Shown here one piece after another: positions 58,128-64,000 of a stretch of DNA of 64,000 nt (positions are counted from its first letter, which is position 1; each line of letters opens with the position of its first letter). Source of the DNA: Burkholderiaceae bacterium. Lineage in GTDB: Bacteria > Pseudomonadota > Gammaproteobacteria > Burkholderiales > Burkholderiaceae_A. The notes beneath the pieces were generated by a model. The model made no database searches. It was not told the DNA's origin and was given only the letters and a program-made list of their open reading frames with translations. Made by a program: the position numbers and the translations under genes. The DNA is taken from positions 12,849-76,848 of the forward strand of contig JAGYIP010000003.1 in the NCBI GenBank assembly GCA_018402635.1, in the 5' to 3' direction.

Positions 58128-59133
58128 CGTAGTACCCCTTGTACCAACTTACAAAACTGTTAACCCCAACATGCAAAGGCGTATAGGGTGCAAAGCCTGT
58201 AAGGTCTCGCAAGGCTTGCGTATCTGCATAGGTAGCAGGAACGTCACCTGGCTGCATCGGTAGAAAATTCTTTCGGGCCTTCATCCCAAGCGCATCCTCA
58301 ATAGCCTCAATAAACGCTGTAAGGGGTTCGGGGTGGTGATTGCCGATGTTCAAAACTCGATGCGCCGGAAAGGTTTCAAAAGCGAATTCTTCCCCAGACG
58401 GCTCGCGCACTGGCGGGTGGAGGAAGGCCTGAAGGACCCCCTCAACAATATCGTCAACATAGGTGAAGTCTCGTTGCATCTGGCCGTGGTTGTAAACATC
58501 GATGGGCTGATTGGCCAATATGGCCCTGACAAACTTAAAGGCTGCCATATCAGGACGACCCCAGGGCCCATAGACAGTGAAAAAACGCAGGCCCGTTGCA
58601 GGAATCTCAAACAGGTGACTGTAGGTGTGAGCCATAAGCTCATTTGCCTTTTTTGTGGCGGCATACAAGCTTACGGGACGGTCGACACTGTGGCTTTCAG
58701 AAAAAGGAAGCCGCCGGTTACCGCCATAAACACTGGAGGAGCTGGCATAGACAAGATGAACGGGCTGACTTCGAAGGCACTCTAAAACATTAAGAAACCC
58801 CGTAATGTTGCTATCAATATAGGCCTGAGGATTCGTAAGCGAGTAACGCACCCCAGCCTGGGCAGCCAGGTGAATCACCCCATGCAGGGTGTGCGTGCTG
58901 AAGACCGATTCTATTGCGTTGCGGTCTTGAAGGTCTGCCTTAATCAACTCGAACTGATGGCCCTGGTCGAGACGAGTGAGGCGATGGACCCTCGCCTCCT
59001 TTAGAAGGGGGTCATAATAGTCGTTTAGATTATCGATACCAACAACGCGATAGCCCAAATTCAACAGTCGTTCCGAGACAAAGTGTCCAATGAAGCCAGC
59101 GGCCCCAGTTACTAAAATTGTTTTCATTACCAT
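58120..59133 (-). CDS. NAD-dependent epimerase, UDP-glucuronate 4-epimerase type
   Basis: ILVTGAAGFIG, DNLNDYYD, HLAAQAGVRYS, YAATKKANE, RFFTVYGPWGRPDMA and PMQPGDV motifs. Confidence 0.92.
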   Translation of the reverse strand: MVMKTILVTGAAGFIGHFVSERLLNLGYRVVGIDNLNDYYDPLLKEARVHRLTRLDQGHQFELIKADLQDRNAIESVFSTHTLHGVIHLAAQAGVRYSLTNPQAYIDSNITGFLNVLECLRSQPVHLVYASSSSVYGGNRRLPFSESHSVDRPVSLYAATKKANELMAHTYSHLFEIPATGLRFFTVYGPWGRPDMAAFKFVRAILANQPIDVYNHGQMQRDFTYVDDIVEGVLQAFLHPPVREPSGEEFAFETFPAHRVLNIGNHHPEPLTAFIEAIEDALGMKARKNFLPMQPGDVPATYADTQALRDLTGFAPYTPLHVGVNSFVSWYKGYYGV

Positions 59134-59154
59134 TCGTTAAAGAGATGAAACGCT

Positions 59155-59685
59155 ATGACGGCTAAAACCGCGTCGGAAATCCGAGTCTGGTATGTCGCCC
59201 AGACAAAGCCTCGCCATGAGCATATCGCAGAACTGAACCTAACTCGACAAAGATACGAGGTAATCCTGCCGCTCATTCCCAGGCTTCGTAACACCCGAAC
59301 TCGCTTGCTTGAAAACGAAGAACCGCTCTTTCCAGGGTATATCTTCTTTCGACCGGAGCACTCTGAACACTCTCTTTGGCCTGTCAGGTCAACCGTTGGT
59401 GTTGCTCGAATTGTGCGATTTGGCTTGGAATACGCTCATCTGCGGGAGTCAGTCATGAGCGATATTATGACTTTCGTTCAGTCTCATTTATCTGATCCCG
59501 TTGAGGCCACACGCCGATCAAAGAGGCTTGATATTGGTGCCACTGTGCGGGTTACGGGCGGACCCATGGTGGGGCTTGAAGGCCTTGTCTCAAAAGTGGC
59601 GTCTGACCGAATTATTGTTCTTATTGAGATTATGGGGCGTGAGCAAAAAATTGCCATGTCCCCCGCAACCTTAGAGCGCGCCTAG
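59155..59685 (+). CDS. rfaH: NusG-family antiterminator, RfaH-like
   Basis: [31 protein letters not shown] and a KOW segment [13 protein letters not shown]. Confidence 0.82.
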   Translation: MTAKTASEIRVWYVAQTKPRHEHIAELNLTRQRYEVILPLIPRLRNTRTRLLENEEPLFPGYIFFRPEHSEHSLWPVRSTVGVARIVRFGLEYAHLRESVMSDIMTFVQSHLSDPVEATRRSKRLDIGATVRVTGGPMVGLEGLVSKVASDRIIVLIEIMGREQKIAMSPATLERA

Positions 59686-60600
59686 CCAGTCACGGGGTTT
59701 AATCAGTTCGTAAAGCTTGGCTTCAGGCGAGCCTGGCTCTGGCTGCCAGTTGTAACGCCAGGTAACCTTGGGTGGCATGCTCATAAGAATACTTTCGGCG
59801 CGTCCCCCACTTTGCAGCCCAAAGTGGGTACCTCGGTCGTAGACTAAATTGAACTCCACATAGCGGCCCCGACGGTAGGCCTGAAAATCGCGCTCGCGAT
59901 TCGTAAACGCCAGCCCCCTGCGGCGCTCAACAATAGGTAAATAAGCCTTTACGAAGGCATCGCCCACGGCCTGGGTCATGGCAAAGCTTTTGTCAAAGCC
60001 CAGTTCGCTGAAGTCATCAAAAAACACGCCGCCAATACCGCGCGCCTCTTGTCTGTGTTTTAGGAAGAAGTACTCGTCACACCAGGTTTTAAATTTGGGA
60101 TAGTAATGATCGCCAAAGGGGTGAAGCGCCTGCCGGCAGGCATGGTGGAAATGAACGGCATCCTCCTCAAACCCATAGTAGGGCGTGAGGTCCATGCCGC
60201 CACCAAACCACCAGATGTCCTCATCGCCAGGCTTGACCGCCTTGGCAACAAACGAACGCACGTTCATGTGCACCGTAGGAATATAGGGGTTAACGGGGTG
60301 CAGCACCAAGGACACGCCAATGGCCTCAAAGCCCCTTCCGGCAAGCTGAGGCCGAGCGGCAGTGGCCGATGTCGGAAGGTGATCACCGCGCACATGCGAG
60401 AAGCCCACACCACCCCGTTCAAGCAGGCCTCCGCCCTCAATAAGCCGGGAGCGCCCATCGCCACGCAGGGGCGAGTCATCGGGCTTGACCCAGGCATCTT
60501 CGGAAAAGGCCTGGCCATCGGCCTGGGCAACCGCCTCGCAGATGCGATCTTGAAGGCCTAAGAAGTAGCTGCGAAGGGGCTCAATGGCAACGGCTGACAT
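59671..60600 (-). CDS. hemF: Oxygen-dependent coproporphyrinogen III oxidase
   Basis: [32 protein letters not shown] and [20 protein letters not shown] motifs. Confidence 0.97.
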   Translation of the reverse strand: MSAVAIEPLRSYFLGLQDRICEAVAQADGQAFSEDAWVKPDDSPLRGDGRSRLIEGGGLLERGGVGFSHVRGDHLPTSATAARPQLAGRGFEAIGVSLVLHPVNPYIPTVHMNVRSFVAKAVKPGDEDIWWFGGGMDLTPYYGFEEDAVHFHHACRQALHPFGDHYYPKFKTWCDEYFFLKHRQEARGIGGVFFDDFSELGFDKSFAMTQAVGDAFVKAYLPIVERRRGLAFTNRERDFQAYRRGRYVEFNLVYDRGTHFGLQSGGRAESILMSMPPKVTWRYNWQPEPGSPEAKLYELIKPRDWLGAL

Positions 60601-60644
60601 ACGCGGAGAAGTCCTATGGGGTTAGGTAATGAGGCATGCGGGGT

Positions 60645-61968
60645 TCAGGTGGTTTTTCGGCCAATGGCCTCGTAGATAAGACCCGCCGCAGCCGGCATCT
60701 CAGGTGGATAAAGGTTGCGGCCATCAAAGACACGCTTGGTTTTCAATAAGGCTGCCATGGCCTCAAAGTCGGGGCTTCGGAACTCCTTCCACTCGGTCAC
60801 AATGACAAGCGCGTCCGCACCTTCGAGGGCCTGCATGGGGCCTGCGGCATAGGTAATGGTGTCACCCAACACGCGCTGCGCCTCCTGCATGGCTACCGGG
60901 TCGTAAGCAGACACCGTGGCGCCCATTTGAAGAAGCGCCTCAATAAGAACAAGGCTGGGCGCCTCGCGCATGTCGTCGGTATTGGGCTTAAAGGCAAGCC
61001 CCCAGATCGCAAACCGCCTGCCCTTTAGGTTATGACCAAGCGCACGGGTGACCTTCGATACAAGAACGGTTTTTTGTTGCTCATTTGCATCTTCGACGGC
61101 GGTGAGCACCCTCAACGAAGAACCCACCTCATCGGCCGTGCGAATAAGCGCCTTTACATCCTTTGGAAAACAAGAGCCCCCATAGCCGCAGCCCGCATAA
61201 AGAAACCCATAGCCAATGCGGGAGTCTGAGCCAATACCCCGGCGTACCTGCTCAATATCGGCCCCGAGGGACTCTGCAAGATTCGCAAGCTCATTCATAA
61301 ACGAAATGCGGGTGGCAAGCATGGCATTGGCTGCGTACTTGGTAAGCTCGGCCGAGCGCACGTCCATGACCATAAGCTTGTCGTGATTGCGTTGAAAAGG
61401 CGCGTAGATGGCCCGCATGACCTCGACTGCCCTTGGATGGTCGGCACCAACAACAATGCGGTCGGGCCGCTGAAAGTCCTCGACCGCAGCACCCTCTTTA
61501 AGGAATTCGGGGTTGGAGACAACATGAAAAGCGATGCTAGCCGAGCGCGCCGCCAAGGCTTTGCGTATTTCTTCGCGAACTTTGTCGGCGGTGCCCACAG
61601 GAACGGTTGATTTATCGACCACGATTTTTTCACCGGTCATGTGCTGGCCAATGCTGCGCGCTGCCGCAAGCACATACTGAAGATCGGCCGAGCCGTCTTC
61701 ATCGGGCGGGGTTCCCACCGCAATCACCTGAACCAGCCCAAAGCCAACCGACGTCTCGACCGATGCTAGTGAACTTCAGGCGGCCAGCAGCGACGTTCTT
61801 GCGCACAATGTCGAGCAGTCCAGGTTCATGAATTGGAATACCGCCTGACTCGAGAATTTCAATTTTCTTTGGGTCAAGGTCAAGGCAAAGAACGTCGTTA
61901 CCGGCATCCGCCAGGCAGGCGCCTGTTACCAGCCCAACGTACCCTGTTCCCACAATGGAAATCTTCAT
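60645..61968 (-). CDS. ugd: UDP-glucose 6-dehydrogenase (frameshift near 61761-61765)
   Basis: [14 protein letters not shown] and EPGL; then [33 protein letters not shown] and [13 protein letters not shown]. Confidence 0.93.
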
Positions 61969-62178
61969 ACAAAGCCCTAAAAATTTTTGCGCAGTCTTGA
62001 AGTTTACGGCAGGTAACCAGGTCGGGAGAAACGCCCGGGATTAGGCCAGGCCTGCCGTTATGAAGGGTGCAGCTTATTTTAGTTTGATAATTAAAGGGAT
62101 TTGTTGTTCGCCGGGAAACCACCAAAGAGCGCGTCTTTAGCCTGGAGGCCAGTTAATTTAAAAGCCCTTGATTATTCA

Positions 62179-62207
62179 TTGCAATTTAACTCATCACAAT
62201 TTAGAAT
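62179..62207 (+). promoter_or_regulatory. Sigma70 promoter TTGCAA-N17-TAGAAT for hns-rfb
   Basis: -35 at 62179-62184 and -10 at 62202-62207 within an AT-rich intergenic region. Confidence 0.68.
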
Positions 62208-62283
62208 AATAGCACTTAAGGTAGTTTGGCGCGTAAGCAAAACACCCATTATTTTGAAACCAAATTCAAAGGACTATTCTTTT

Positions 62284-62679
62284 ATGCCCAGCTATTCCGA
62301 AATAATTCAACAAATTAGTGACCTACAGAAACAAGCCGACCGCCAGCGCAAGGAAGAGTACGCCTCGGTTCTTAAAACCATTAAAAAACAAATTTCCGAA
62401 TACGGCATAACGCCGGAGGAACTTGGTTTTTCAGCGGGAAGTGCTGGCAGCAAACGGGGTCGAAAGCCAACCGCAAAGGCGGGCAAGGTTCGAAAGCCAA
62501 GAGCCAAACGAGCTTCAACGGGAATAAAAGTGGCACCAAAATACAAAGACCCGGCAACCGGAGACACCTGGACGGGCCGCGGGAAAACGCCCAAGTGGGT
62601 TTCAGCAGCGGTTGCCTCTGGGCGTAGCCTTGAATCACTGCTTATTTCGCCTGTGGCATCGACACCCACTGGAACCTAG
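62284..62679 (+). CDS. hns: H-NS family nucleoid-associated protein
   Basis: N-terminal coiled coil, YGITPEELG, and C-terminal PKYKDPATGDTWTGRGKTPKW. ATG at 62284 follows an AAGGA RBS. Confidence 0.93.
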   Translation: MPSYSEIIQQISDLQKQADRQRKEEYASVLKTIKKQISEYGITPEELGFSAGSAGSKRGRKPTAKAGKVRKPRAKRASTGIKVAPKYKDPATGDTWTGRGKTPKWVSAAVASGRSLESLLISPVASTPTGT

Positions 62680-63756
<1,077 letters not shown>

Positions 63757-63760
<4 letters not shown>

Positions 63761-64000
63761 CCCCAAAACGCCCGGCCCCTGCGGCAGCTGCGGTGGCGGA
63801 GTCCACCCATGCCCTTCCTAGGCCATTGCAGAGGCCAACGCCCAAGCCAACGCTAGCGCCAACGCCAAGGCTATTAGTGCTTGGGGCGGGAGGGCAGGTA
63901 GGAAACAGCCTGCTTAGGCTCTGCCAGTCAGCCGACTCCCCTATGCATGCATGTGCATGTGCTCGGCCTTACCCGCAGCCAGGCACCGCTTGATCAGCCC
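63757..64000 (+). CDS. rfbD: Probable dTDP-4-dehydrorhamnose reductase, 5' part only
   Basis: ATGA overlap with rfbB; [11 protein letters not shown] after a Pro/Ala-rich extension. The frame breaks near the window end. Confidence 0.6.

Noticed and set aside
47960-59700. T2SS block as a discrete mobile element
   Set aside because: No integrase, transposase, tRNA target or terminal repeats seen; only composition and synteny hints.
62217-62228. ops-like GGTAGTTTG downstream of the hns promoter
   Set aside because: It lacks the leading GGC and lies only a few nt after the predicted start site; too weak to call.
62101-62283. N-terminal extension of the hns ORF
   Set aside because: It spans the promoter region; the RBS and family alignment favour ATG 62284.

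Overview
Chromosomal window of a betaproteobacterium, most likely Burkholderiales (inferred from ompA-ubiG-gph, nadD-rsfS, etfBA with a divergent MBL hydrolase, Burkholderiales-type H-NS and a beta-type 6S RNA). It holds housekeeping genes (rmuC, ubiG, nadAC, ppc, panB, cysB-like, nadD, rsfS, hemF, ugd, rfbB/D) and four blocks of note. (1) A ~25 kb lipid module (16.2-41.7 kb): an operon of DUF1329, YCF48-like propeller, MMPL/RND, a second DUF1329 and an MFS, with twin-arginine signals on all three exported proteins. It diverges from a lipoprotein lipase and a DUF1302 outer-membrane protein, followed by a PsrA-like TetR, fadE-fadA-fadJ-thioesterase-fadD, a second acyl-CoA dehydrogenase and etfBA. 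(2) A PemK/MazF-like toxin with an unrecognised antitoxin and a clear promoter/operator. (3) A streamlined, AT-richer type II secretion cluster (gspG-H-I-J-K-L/M-N-D-E-F-C) coupled to a UDP-glucuronate epimerase, with an RfaH-like gene inserted antisense between hemF and the epimerase. (4) hns heading the rfb operon. About 13-14 small frameshifts interrupt otherwise intact, often essential genes; these are most likely assembly indels. No CRISPR array, tRNA, rRNA, integrase or transposase was seen. All calls come from motif recognition by eye; no database searches were run.
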